Source of the DNA: Thecamonas trahens ATCC 50062
Lineage: Eukaryota; Protista; Apusomonadida
Assembly (NCBI RefSeq): GCF_000142905.1
Contig: NW_013657634.1
Location: forward strand, 186,001-250,000
Direction: 5' to 3'
DNA length: 64,000 nucleotides
A program made the position numbers and the translations under genes. This document shows positions 10,601 through 19,696 of the stretch, one piece after another. The notes beneath the pieces are model-generated. The model did no database searches, had not been told where the DNA came from, and was given only the letters and a program-made list of their open reading frames with translations. Numbering within the stretch: the first letter of the stretch is position 1; each line of letters opens with the position of its first letter.

Positions 10601-11581
10601 GTGCGGGCCAGCGCAAGACGTCCCGTTGCCTGCAATGCCATCAAAGTTCACAGTCACAAGGTGGCTGGCCATGTTCAGCCCGACCGAGAGCGCAAAAATG
10701 AACGCCAGAACCACACTCACCATCGATGACATGACGCAGATGACCGGGCGTAGGTGGACCGGAAACAAAAACGAAGCGACCGAGAAGCAGCAAGGCGTGC
10801 CGATAAGAAAGGTGCCAAGCGCGACTGCCAGCGCCACGCCCCACAGTGTCGCCTGCGAGTGGGCTGGCTTGTGAATGCCTGGTACCGATCGGGCCCATGT
10901 TGCAATGACGCAAGTCCCACCACGACAAGCAGCGCCAGGCGAGCACTGAGAGCTTGCAGTGCAGCGTGTACCACAGAGTCCGGCGCGGGTGTTGCAGAGG
11001 AACGGCTCGCAAACCGGATCATCGAGCGCCCCGCACGGTCGACGGTCGCCGGCGCTAGCAGGCGAGACCGCCGGCAGGCTCGACGCCCGCGAGCTGAGCC
11101 CGATCGAGCAGCCGATGACAACGGCAGATATCGGGACGGCTACAACACCGACCAGCACTGCTGCCCAAAAGTTGTCCGATGTGCCGATTCGCGAGGCCAT
11201 GAGCCGCGGCGAGCCCCACCTTACCGGGCGGGCGGTGGTGTGGCGGGCAGCCGAGGCCGGCGGGACCGCGCCAGCTGCTGCAGCGACGCCGCACACCACA
11301 ATGGCGAAGCCAATGGGCACAAAGACCACCATCAGCGCCAGCGGTGTCCGCGCCATTAGTGGCTGCGGCGACGGGATGCCCGGAAGGAGCGACGCGCACG
11401 TGCTAGACGCCTCGAGGCACGTTGAATGCGGCGGACAGGCGGGGGGAGAGTGGCACCCTCTGGCGACGGCAATGAACGGGGCGGGCTGAGCAGCACCTGT
11501 AGCAGCGCATGGATCCGCGGAGACATACACCACAGAGAGAACAACGAGTGCCTTCAGTATGGCATCTCTCATCATCCCCAT
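7634..11581 (-). CDS. Polytopic membrane RBR (RING1-IBR-RING2) E3 ubiquitin ligase with five extracellular Cys-rich repeats and a C-terminal UBA-like domain
   Basis: Likely start at ATG 11581/11575/11572 (signal peptide MRDAILKALVVLSVVYVSA). About 11 hydrophobic helices. RING1 CGIC..CEHGYCAGC..CPGC; IBR CPGC..CPGCATDWCCNCSVPW..H..C; RING2 KPCPRC..GHSCHH..CCGYSFCIVC; UBA-like VDLVMEVTGVDAAQAADLLAASRFNVQLAIAAFFD. Confidence 0.85.
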   Translation of the reverse strand: MGMMRDAILKALVVLSVVYVSADPCAATGAAQPAPFIAVARGCHSPPACPPHSTCLEASSTCASLLPGIPSPQPLMARTPLALMVVFVPIGFAIVVCGVAAAAGAVPPASAARHTTARPVRWGSPRLMASRIGTSDNFWAAVLVGVVAVPISAVVIGCSIGLSSRASSLPAVSPASAGDRRPCGALDDPVCEPFLCNTRAGLCGTRCTASSQCSPGAACRGGTCVIATWARSVPGIHKPAHSQATLWGVALAVALGTFLIGTPCCFSVASFLFPVHLRPVICVMSSMVSVVLAFIFALSVGLNMASHLVTVNFDGIAGNGTSCAGPHACYPYTCDYGSRACRTRCSSSDQCVTGYGCSAAGVCVWTGGAGLSVRRYSPLVFWVSSLSAAIGLGLLVVVLGVGAGWCSNKCCSPYSYRSRWRRRWRPIWLCNSWLASATCGAIVGFAVVGIAMLVLRVPVPALEPPLTAAERASSPACAAVDAPVCAPYWCDMPSGRCRRSCRHDFECAGAGLACDAASGKCVATTHHASRLVLRRWLAAVVVLGVVTAVMVVCACLPGVLVPWASSNDVVQLFAVVALVAVGAGLIVALPLSLVRLRVRLTRPPETTLPVALTSCVGLSSPNCWPYYCRVHNRTCAISCSSSHECRGAMDKRLTSQLPSGMHVAPYCSHEGRCVLAPASAPLSFGVTAASLTAIGLGLLVAFMVGFCLCARCSWRHSNLYGMRRSAVVLAGALSFGVAGLVLAFVTIPLVMDVRVDKSFVELPSSLSVDGKSCGPMPFDAGCGSYVCDTRTRKCATSCFGERTGCGFGSRCKRGVCVAGDDATPRIVASCTAGLFALVALMAFGWPGVWRLLVRRLRAGEHARAAALLAAEEKQRLIPKVRVDVVPVRGYGALDVDPSRPRLARELPPPLLVGAGVGSIQLAGSVSSDDSGESGASGCGVRTLPECGICFGDNVSVAFTVGFCEHGYCAGCAQSAVRDMIERGQFPAMCPGCRAQDSMSPRARVPAHVIEHLVARGVVDAETGSRWVVQSLLGAVPKGETTFCPGCELMCIKPDLSGKSQRQLQRSSRVVCPGCATDWCCNCSVPWFRHAGRSCDSIAADEATGRDAATLALLGATSKPCPRCGALISRPRGHSCHHVGGSAGACCGYSFCIVCLQPHPCGREDHGLFCDERCDCVACPVCRPGAPCALCPGDDRCPSCHPPAGSSVPPPVHVPDPINGVEDILAIQADLQALMDAMDAPREPFIARQRWRRDSSSSDSEGFVAIAPEQAAAEIVGHDVDLVMEVTGVDAAQAADLLAASRFNVQLAIAAFFDAQ

Positions 11582-11892
11582 GCGCCCGCCAAGGCCGATA
11601 GAAGCCGTGCGCGCGAGTCCTGGTCGCCGAGCGAGGTGTGTCACACACGAGCGTGTCATGGAACACTCGTTCTTGCATGGCGTGGTCGTCGATTGACTTT
11701 CCGTCGGCCGGTGGACAGCGGCCTCCGGCCACCACTCGGCAGACGGCAAGCGCCCCCCTCGCCGACTCCATCCCACCCAGCGGGGTTACGCGTCGAGTAC
11801 ACGAGGCACGCAGGCGCTGGCGAGCGAGCGCATTGGTCACCACCCCACCTCCCAAAGTACTCACCTCCCCTTCACCCTCGTATACATACAAC

Positions 11893-12645
11893 ATGCTGCG
11901 TGGGCTGCAGTCTTGGAGCATGCTGACGCGGACGCGGGGCTTTGCGGCGGCGGCCGGAGCGGCCGGCTCGCTGACCGAGCTCGAGCAGGCTGCGCTCTAC
12001 CGCAAGATGGCGGTAGCGGTGGTGACGGGCGGGCGGAGCGAGCTGGAGACGCTGGTCAAGGGCGCCATGGCGGACGACGTGCCGCTCAGGGGCCCGCTGG
12101 CCGAGGCGGCGCTCAAGGCCGCCATGTTTGTCCCGCAGGGCACCCTGCTCGAGGCCGAGGCCGACCTCGACCTCGTCCAGCACGGCGCCCACCACGCCAT
12201 CCGGCCCAAGCCGCGGGCCAAGCGGCAGAGGGCTCTGTTTGGGACGGTCAAGTCGGCGGTCGCCTCGGTGCTGGAGGGCCTCGATCGTGGGTATGTCAAG
12301 CGCCTGAACCTGGTAGGCGTAGGCTATCGCGCCTGGCTCGGCAAGCCGTCCGAGGGCAAGGCCCTTGTCGACGACGGCTCGGTCCGGGCCCCGGTTGCAG
12401 CGCCCGACGACGATGTCCTCTGGCTCAAGCTCGGGTACTCGCATGATGTCGAGGTGCCCATTCCCGACGGACTCGCTGTCAAGGTCATCAAGGACACCAC
12501 CATTGTTGTCGAGGGCATCCACAAGCAGCAGGTCGGCGAGTTTGCCGCCCAACTCCGCCGCCATCGCAAGCCCGATGCGTACAAGGGCAAGGGCGTCCGC
12601 TACGACGGCGAGGTTCTCACCCTTAAGCAGGGCAAGCGCAATTGA
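11893..12645 (+). CDS. MRPL6: Mitochondrial ribosomal protein uL6m
   Basis: Presequence-like MLRGLQSWSMLTRTRGF; uL6 motifs LNLVGVGYRA, LKLGYSH, GIHKQQVGEFAAQLRRHRKPDAYKGKGVRY. Confidence 0.93.
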   Translation: MLRGLQSWSMLTRTRGFAAAAGAAGSLTELEQAALYRKMAVAVVTGGRSELETLVKGAMADDVPLRGPLAEAALKAAMFVPQGTLLEAEADLDLVQHGAHHAIRPKPRAKRQRALFGTVKSAVASVLEGLDRGYVKRLNLVGVGYRAWLGKPSEGKALVDDGSVRAPVAAPDDDVLWLKLGYSHDVEVPIPDGLAVKVIKDTTIVVEGIHKQQVGEFAAQLRRHRKPDAYKGKGVRYDGEVLTLKQGKRN

Positions 12646-12722
12646 TGCCGCTCGCGTCCTTGCTTCCGCCGGCTGGCAGCGTGCCTCACCAGCTCGCTTT
12701 TCAGTAAAATCCTCAGCAACCG

Positions 12723-15435
12723 CTACGATGCGGTCGTCTTTACCTTGCCGAGGCTCGGAAGGCCCTCCATGACCCGGCGGAACATTCGCTTGCCATTGAC
12801 GAGGTTTGTGACCCGGAGTCGCTCGTTCGCGAGATGGCCATTATCCGACGCCTGGCCCATCGGGATGTGCAGCGCTGGCGCACCCAGCGTCTCCTCGAGG
12901 TACGGCACGACCGGAATGGAGCCGCCTTCGCGGACAAAGAGCGGCGGAGCGCCCCAGACCTCCTCCACCGCTTCTGCTGCGAGGCCGTAGAGCGGCGACT
13001 CGGCATCCGCCGACCACCACTTTCCGGCCTGTACCACCTTGACGGCCACACTGTTGGTCGAGTTCAACTCGCCAAAGACCGCGTCGACGTGGGCCTGCAG
13101 CCGCGCAATCATAGTGTCGATGCTCTGGTCCGGCACAATCCGCATCGAGACCTTGGCCGTCGCCCGTCGCGGAATGACCGACGACGCGCCCGAACCGGTA
13201 AACGAGCCCTGGACGTCGTGGACCGAGAGCGACGGCAGGAGCCACCGCCGCTGGAGCACAGACTCGGTGTTGGCGTCGCGGTCCCCGGGCGCCACGCCAA
13301 TCTCGTCCAGGTAGCGGTCGAGGTCAAAGTCGTGGACGTTGAGGTCAAGCGCGGTCTCGGTCACGTCGACGTAAAAGCCGGGTACCGCCACTCGTGTGTT
13401 GCCGTCCTCAAACAAGCCGTCCAGGACGTGGACAAGGTCGACCAGCGGCTCGCGGACCGCTCCGCCGTCGACGCCCGAGTGCAGATCGCGCGGCGGGCCA
13501 GTGACGGTCAGCGCAACGTGGATGACCCCGCGCATGCCGAGGGTGAGGCACGGCGCCTGGTCGCCAACCCAGTACGTGTTTGAGAGGAGGACGTAGTCGA
13601 CGCCACCCAGGAGCTCGCTGTTGGCCTCGATTGCCTCGCGGAGACCGGCCGAGCCTGACTCCTCTTCGCCCTCGACCACAAAGACGACGTTGATTGGCAG
13701 TGAGCCGCACTTGGCGTGAGCCACCAGCTCGCCCACAGCCGCGAGAAAGGCCACAATGGGCCCCTTGTCGTCTGACGCTCCGCGCCCGTACAGATACCCG
13801 TCGCGCGGGGTGAGCGTCCACGGGTCGCTCTCCCACCCGTTGTCGGGCGATGCCGGCTGCACGTCGTAGTGTCCGTAAAAGGCGAGCGTCGGCTTGGACG
13901 GGTCGGCCCCGATCCGCCCCAGCACAATCGGATTTCGTCGCGGCGAGGTCGGGTTTGGCACAATGCGGACGTCCGCTCCGAGTGCAAGCAGCGCGTCTGA
14001 CATGTGCCGCGCCGCCGCTAGGCATGCCGATGCACGTGCTGGGGAGCCCGAGACCGATGCGTGGGCCACAAACTCGCCAAGCATCGCAATGAGCGCCTCG
14101 GTCGTGACAACCTCGCTTGCGCCGAGCTGGTCGAGCAGCGGCGCACATGAGCTGGCGGCGGGGCTCTCGACCAGCGATACCGCCCCAGTATGTCGCACGA
14201 GGTCATACACGGCACATCGTGCGTTGGCAGCGCCGATCCACAACGTCGAGCCGAGCATGAGTCCATAGAGTGGTTCGTGCGGGACGTGGACAAGTCGCAG
14301 ACAGGCGAGCGAGCCGAGGCTCCAAACGCAAACATCTCCGCCACTTCCGATCGAGACCAGGTTGTCGGCGCACTTGGCGAACGCCACCACTGCCGACGAG
14401 TGCCGCGAGAGGACCCGGAGGCAAAACGGCGGACCAGGAAATGTCAGATCCCAGACCCGAATAGTGGTGTCAGATGCGCCTGAAAAGAGCCGACGGCCAG
14501 GTTCAAGCACCATGGCCAGCACCGATGACGCATGGCCCTCGAGCAGTGCTTCGCGATGCTGCAGCGCCGGCGACGTCCAGACCGAGATGGAACCTGTGGC
14601 AGTACCCGAGTACAGCCTCGCAGCGCCTGCATCGTACGCCATGCATAGTACGCTCCCGCGGTGCATCGAGTTGGCGGTGGCATGAACTGGCCGCTCACAC
14701 GGAGTGCACACAGATGCAGAGCAAGTTGCACTCTCACTGGCCGCGGCGGCGTACGGTGAAGGTGCCGGAGGCGGGTGGAGCCGCAACGGCTGGCGAATGA
14801 GTGGAATCGGATTGTCTGCCGCCGCCACTGCATCCATTGACACCGGGATGGGGCTCTCTTCGCTCAACGCAGCCAGGAGATCGTCAAGGACAAGTGAGCG
14901 GATGAATCCATCGTGCATGCCGACGTAGAGGAGGCCGGCGTCCGGGGCGACGGCGAGTGAGATGACGCTCCCGGATCGCGAGTTAAAGAGCCCCAAGCAG
15001 GCATGCGGAGGCGAAGCTTGCCACACACGAATGTATGTGTCGGCCGAGCCACTCAGCAGCAGATCCGAGTCTTGGAGAAAGAGCAGCGAAGTGACGGCGC
15101 GGACGTGGCCCGTCAGCGTGACAGCCAGCTGATACGAGCTTGTGTCAAAGATGCGGATGTCGCCGTTTGAGAGACCAGCGGCGACAGCAGCTTTGTCGGC
15201 AAGCTCGGCGAGTACCATACATGTTGTATGTTGCGGGAGGGTAAAGCCGGCGAGTGGGTCGAGTGGATCGACGACGGCGGCGCCGCTCACTCCGAGACCC
15301 ACCGGCGAGCCGAGCAGAGCGGGCGGGAAGGCAAAGGAGCCGGCGGCAGCAGAGAGTGGCGAGGTCGGTGGAGTGGCATCGATCCAGTTGTGCGACTCGG
15401 AAAAGATGCGGGTGGAGCCGGAGCGGGAAGGACCC
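12723..15435 (-). CDS. DUG2: DUG2-like WD40 + M20 peptidase-like region; probably the C-terminal part of a DUG3-DUG2 fusion
   Basis: WD40 repeats (GH..LLSGSADTYIRVW; LFSGASDTTIRVWD). M20 motifs YGHYDVQP, LYGRGASDDKGP, EGEEESGS. DUG2-type variants SNTYW, DLHSGVDGG, DNGHLANER. No convincing ATG of its own before the first WD repeat. Confidence 0.85.
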
Positions 15436-16393
15436 TGTGCGTGGGGACGGCCGTCGCGTCGAGCATCGGCAGGCACCAGACGTCGATCTGCGAGGTGACG
15501 ACCATGGCTGTGTTCTGCGGAACTGCCAGCCAGTCGTCCGAGTCCCACAGCGGCTCCGAGGCAATGACAACCAGCGACGGCGTCTTGTTCTCGGTCACCA
15601 TGGTGCAGTCGGTGAGCGCATCACCGGGCTTGGCGTCTGGCGCAGGGACAGAGGCAATGCGCGAACCAGTGGCAAAGTAGAGCGAGACCGACGGGTCCGA
15701 GTCAGACATGACCCCGTTGCGCGAGACATAGCGAGTGGCGACCGAGGTTGTTCCGTCCGAGATGGCGATGTTGAGGTAAGAGACAAAGTCTACGCCACGG
15801 TCTGCGGCAGCCTCGGCCTCCCATGCATTCAGCTGGGCCACCGTCTCGTAGAGGGCGGCAAGTAAGTCGGCCGGGACCAGATCGAGGTGATCAAAGTCTG
15901 TGCCCTGCGGAAAGGTGTTGAGGAAGAGGGCAAAGATGTGCTCCGAGTCTGTGGATCCGAGGATGCCGCCGTAGATATCGTCCCTGAGCGAAGCAAGCAG
16001 CTTGCGCTTGACACCTGCGGAAAATGCACCCACGGATCCGTTGTGCATGAAGAGGAGCTTGCCAGCGGCAAACGGATGGCAGTTGGCCTCGGAGAGCGAG
16101 CCCGTGGTTGCCGAGCGGACATGGGTCATGAACATGCGCGATCGGGTGGCCTTGGCGAGGCGATGCAAGTTGGCGTTGTTGTGGGCCGGTGACATGGAGG
16201 TGAACACACACGGCAACTGGTCATCTTCGTGGAGCGAGTACCATCCGAGCCCACAGCCATCGAGATGGACGGCAAAGCCCGTGACCAGCTGGGCCGACCA
16301 CAGCGTCTGCCGACAGAGCGAGTGCCGTGGCTGGGTCACCACCTCGGCCACTGTCAACGGGTCCACGCCCACATATAGCAGGAACCGGCACAT
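15287..16393 (-). CDS. DUG3: DUG3-like class II (Ntn) glutamine amidotransferase
   Basis: N-terminal MCR (Cys nucleophile), DGCGLGWY, PAHNNANL, HVRSAT, NCHPF, FMHNG, GSTDSEHIFALF, VIASEPL. Homology ends near 15470, and the remaining tail overlaps the DUG2 frame. Confidence 0.9.
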   Translation of the reverse strand: MCRFLLYVGVDPLTVAEVVTQPRHSLCRQTLWSAQLVTGFAVHLDGCGLGWYSLHEDDQLPCVFTSMSPAHNNANLHRLAKATRSRMFMTHVRSATTGSLSEANCHPFAAGKLLFMHNGSVGAFSAGVKRKLLASLRDDIYGGILGSTDSEHIFALFLNTFPQGTDFDHLDLVPADLLAALYETVAQLNAWEAEAAADRGVDFVSYLNIAISDGTTSVATRYVSRNGVMSDSDPSVSLYFATGSRIASVPAPDAKPGDALTDCTMVTENKTPSLVVIASEPLWDSDDWLAVPQNTAMVVTSQIDVWCLPMLDATAVPTHRVLPAPAPPASFPSRTTGSMPLHRPRHSLLPPAPLPSRPLCSARRWVSE

Positions 16394-16403
16394 GTTGACG
16401 TCG

Positions 16404-16419
16404 TGTATGTATGTATGTA

Positions 16420-16455
<36 letters not shown>
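16404..16455. repeat. (GTAT)n(GT)n microsatellite immediately upstream of the DUG3 ATG
   Basis: Seen directly; reads as (AC)n on the transcribed strand. Confidence 0.95.
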
Positions 16456-16456
<1 letters not shown>

Positions 16457-16574
16457 AAGGGGGGAGGGGGTGGGGGGAGGGGGAGAGCGGTGCCTGCCTT
16501 ATCTGTGTTCCATTGGCTGGTCATTTCGCGTGCGGCGGTACCCGTCGCCTACACTGCTACCACGGCGATCATGT

Positions 16575-19346
16575 TCATCGCTTGCGGAGCGGGGGCTCGG
16601 TATCGATGCCGAGTCCGGTCTCGTCACCGGGTTCTTCGTTCAGCGGCTCGAGCGAGTGGGCAGGATGTGCACGCTTGACGGCACCGGTGGCAGTTGGGCG
16701 CGGAAGGCGGGGTCGGTGGCGGCGCGGGGCCCTGGAGGTTCCTGGCGACGATGACAGCGGCGCGCTGGATGAGGACGACCCGGCAGCGCGGGTCGGCGAG
16801 TCGGACACACCCTCTGCCTCCAGATCCTCGGTGATGGGTGCGAGGTCAGTGAACGACGCCGACTCAAACTGGAACTTGGATGGCATAGGCGAGCGGAGGA
16901 TCGAGTGCTTGCGCCGGCGGAAACGTGGATCGGTCTGCGGCTTGGCGACGCCGACGGCACCGAGACTGGGAGGCTTGGCGGTGTAGAGAGCATCCCACGC
17001 AACCGAGGCAAAAAACGGCAGTTGAGCAAGCTCATCCGTATCAGCCTTGCCGTTGAGGAGGAAACAGATGGCGTCGCGGGCTTCGGGCTCGAGGCTGGCT
17101 GCAGCGCCGTGGCCAAACAGCGGGTCGTCAGCGGCAAACGAGACGGCGGCTGTCGAGGTGATTACGCCGGCGTCGTCAGGAAGCCGGCCCACCAACAGCT
17201 GATAGAGCACAAGGCCAAGCGCGTACGCGTCCGAGGCAGGCGATGGCGGCTCGGAGCCGGTCAGCACCGCCGGTGGGAGGTACTCGAGCGTCATGCCCCA
17301 CATGCCGGCCTCAAACGACTCGCCAGCGGCGGCAAGGCGGGTGGCAAAGTCAGCGGCCGGCGCGGCCGAGCCAAAGTCGCAGAGCTTGACTCGACCATCA
17401 TCGGTGATGAGTACGTTTTCCGGCTTGAGGTCGCCGTAGACAAGCCCGAGCGAGTGCAGATGCAAGAGCACGTCAGCGAGGACAGCCACCACATACGCCG
17501 CCGACCCCGGCGCAAACGAGCCGAGCTTGACCAGCGCCGAAAACACGTCGCCGCCGCCGCAGTACTCGGTCACAATGTACGCCCGGTCCGACGTGTCTGT
17601 GAACGATGCCACCAAGTTGGCGATGCCTGGGTGGGCCACCGAACGCAGAACGGCAGCCTCTTGCGCGGCGAGCTCGGACCACTTGGCCTCGCCGCGGGTG
17701 TCGACCATCTTGACCGCATACGGAATCCACTCCGAGAACGACTTGCCCTGCTCGACGTGCTTGGCATAGCGGACAACCGAGAACGGGCCCTCGCCGAGGA
17801 CCTGCCCAAAGACAAAGTCAAAGTACGTGAGCTCCTCGCGGAACGATGAGAGCTCAATGGGCACGAGCGACGCGCGCGACGCGGCCGAGAGCACACCGGA
17901 GCTCGAGCTTGCGACGGCACTTGTCGACGCCGCCTGACGGGGTGGCGCAAGAGCCGCAAGCAGCGACGGGTAGTCGGGCGTGGCCACCGGTGCAAAGCGC
18001 TCCACCAGCGCCTCGGTGTCGACCGGCGACTGGCCGTGGAGTATCTCTAGGATCGAGCCGCCCATCCGCTTCACCGACGGGTTCCAGTGCTCGGCAATCG
18101 GACCACAGATGAGCGGAACAACAAGCGGGACGACCCGTGCAGTGTGCCTCCCGACATGGCTCCGAAACGCGTCGTTCTCCCACAGTTGCAGCGCGCGCTG
18201 AGCAATGCGAGCCGCAAGCGAGCCAATGCAGCTGCTGAGCTTGGCCAGGACTGGCGCGACCACAAGCGCAAAACCAAGCTCGTCGAGAGCTTCGATGAGT
18301 GACTCGAGCTCGTGGATGAGAAGGACGACTTTGGCCGAGTTGGCGTTGCGCGCCGACGGCCAGATCCGTTCAGCTGGTGCAAACTTGGTCTCGGGTGGCG
18401 CACCTGCGCTAGCCCGCGGCCGCCCACACACGGCGGCCACCGCTGCAGGCCCGTACTTGCCCGGGTCGCGGCCAATGAGCTGGAGGAGCGCAAAGACAAG
18501 CTGTGGGTGGTAGACCGAGATGAGCGCGTCCGAGTCGGAGCCCATCTCGTCCGGAAGGTGCAGCGACATGAGCATGCCGTAGAGGGCAGGCAGCTTGGGC
18601 GACGACGGCGTTAGGCCGCGAATGATGGCAGCAAAGACCTCCAAGAGTGCAGCAACGCCAAACGGCGAGCCGCTCTCGGGCGCGCCCACATACCGGCGCA
18701 CGCCGCGGATCGCGGCCGACACAGCGTGGCTGCGCAAGCCGGGCACCTTCTCGTAGATGGTGTAAACCAGCCACCGGAGCGAGGACAGTCCGACTTTCGG
18801 ATCCTTGGCCAGTAGCCGAGCCACCAGCCCAGCGAGGAGCTCGTGCGAGGCCGCCAGCGCAAAGTGGTCCCACTCAAACTCGGGCGTGGCCATCAGCGCC
18901 TCGCACACCCTCGCCGCCCCGCCAATTGAGGCTGCCAGGAAGCATCGATCCGAGAGAACACCACGTGCAAGACTGACATCAAGCAGTTCCGCGAGGCCGG
19001 CGTATACGCCTGACGAGTACGGTGATGCATCGCGCAGCGAGCGATCGTCAGCTGCGGCGACGAGCGTCTCCAGCGCCGGCATGGCCAACTCGGACTGGGA
19101 CGGCTCCCGCGCTGGTGACGGATGCGACGGTTTCATCGGCATCCGTCCAGGTGCAACACCTGCTGTGGCTTGCGGCATACGGGCGAACGGAGCGACCGTA
19201 GTCATGCCGCGGGTGGCCGAGACCACCACATGGCGCGGCTTGCGCGGACCAGACGACGACGCCGGCGCCAACGAGGAGGAGGAGGCTGGACTGGCGTAGC
19301 GACGAAAGGCCGCCGCCGCCGTGCGGAGTGTCTGAGCGAGGTCCAT
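16575..19346 (-). CDS. PP2A B56(B')-like HEAT domain fused to a PDK1-like Ser/Thr kinase domain
   Basis: B56 motifs LLEVFAAIIRG, VYHPQLVFALLQLIGRDP, KVVLLIHELESL, IAQRALQLWEND, EHWNPSV. Kinase motifs GQVLGEGPFSVV, YAVKM, EYCGGGD, YGDLKPEN, DFGSA, SDAYALG. Confidence 0.88.
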   Translation of the reverse strand: MDLAQTLRTAAAAFRRYASPASSSSLAPASSSGPRKPRHVVVSATRGMTTVAPFARMPQATAGVAPGRMPMKPSHPSPAREPSQSELAMPALETLVAAADDRSLRDASPYSSGVYAGLAELLDVSLARGVLSDRCFLAASIGGAARVCEALMATPEFEWDHFALAASHELLAGLVARLLAKDPKVGLSSLRWLVYTIYEKVPGLRSHAVSAAIRGVRRYVGAPESGSPFGVAALLEVFAAIIRGLTPSSPKLPALYGMLMSLHLPDEMGSDSDALISVYHPQLVFALLQLIGRDPGKYGPAAVAAVCGRPRASAGAPPETKFAPAERIWPSARNANSAKVVLLIHELESLIEALDELGFALVVAPVLAKLSSCIGSLAARIAQRALQLWENDAFRSHVGRHTARVVPLVVPLICGPIAEHWNPSVKRMGGSILEILHGQSPVDTEALVERFAPVATPDYPSLLAALAPPRQAASTSAVASSSSGVLSAASRASLVPIELSSFREELTYFDFVFGQVLGEGPFSVVRYAKHVEQGKSFSEWIPYAVKMVDTRGEAKWSELAAQEAAVLRSVAHPGIANLVASFTDTSDRAYIVTEYCGGGDVFSALVKLGSFAPGSAAYVVAVLADVLLHLHSLGLVYGDLKPENVLITDDGRVKLCDFGSAAPAADFATRLAAAGESFEAGMWGMTLEYLPPAVLTGSEPPSPASDAYALGLVLYQLLVGRLPDDAGVITSTAAVSFAADDPLFGHGAAASLEPEARDAICFLLNGKADTDELAQLPFFASVAWDALYTAKPPSLGAVGVAKPQTDPRFRRRKHSILRSPMPSKFQFESASFTDLAPITEDLEAEGVSDSPTRAAGSSSSSAPLSSSPGTSRAPRRHRPRLPRPTATGAVKRAHPAHSLEPLNEEPGDETGLGIDTEPPLRKR

Positions 19347-19696
19347 GCCGGGTGGAGGGGAGGGGGGTGAGTGGGGTGGTGGTGATGGTGGTGGTGGTGA
19401 TGGTGGTGATGGAGGGTGTGGGTGCGGGTCACGGTGAGGCCTGGGACGGGGTCATGGCCAGGACAAGGGAGGGGGGGGGGACGGGGGACAAGTCGACCGG
19501 CACCTTGGGTCAGCCATGATCTGGTGGAGGCATTTTGCCAGTACTGTTCGGCGGGATGTACCTGTTCAGTTGATCTGGGCTGTTCTGCACTGATCATGGC
19601 TGTGACCACTTCTCGATGGCATTGGCTGTTCTGTGGTTGGTACCTCGGCAGGTACGGGTGTGGTGGTGGCCATTGCTCTCTCGATTGCGACTGACC

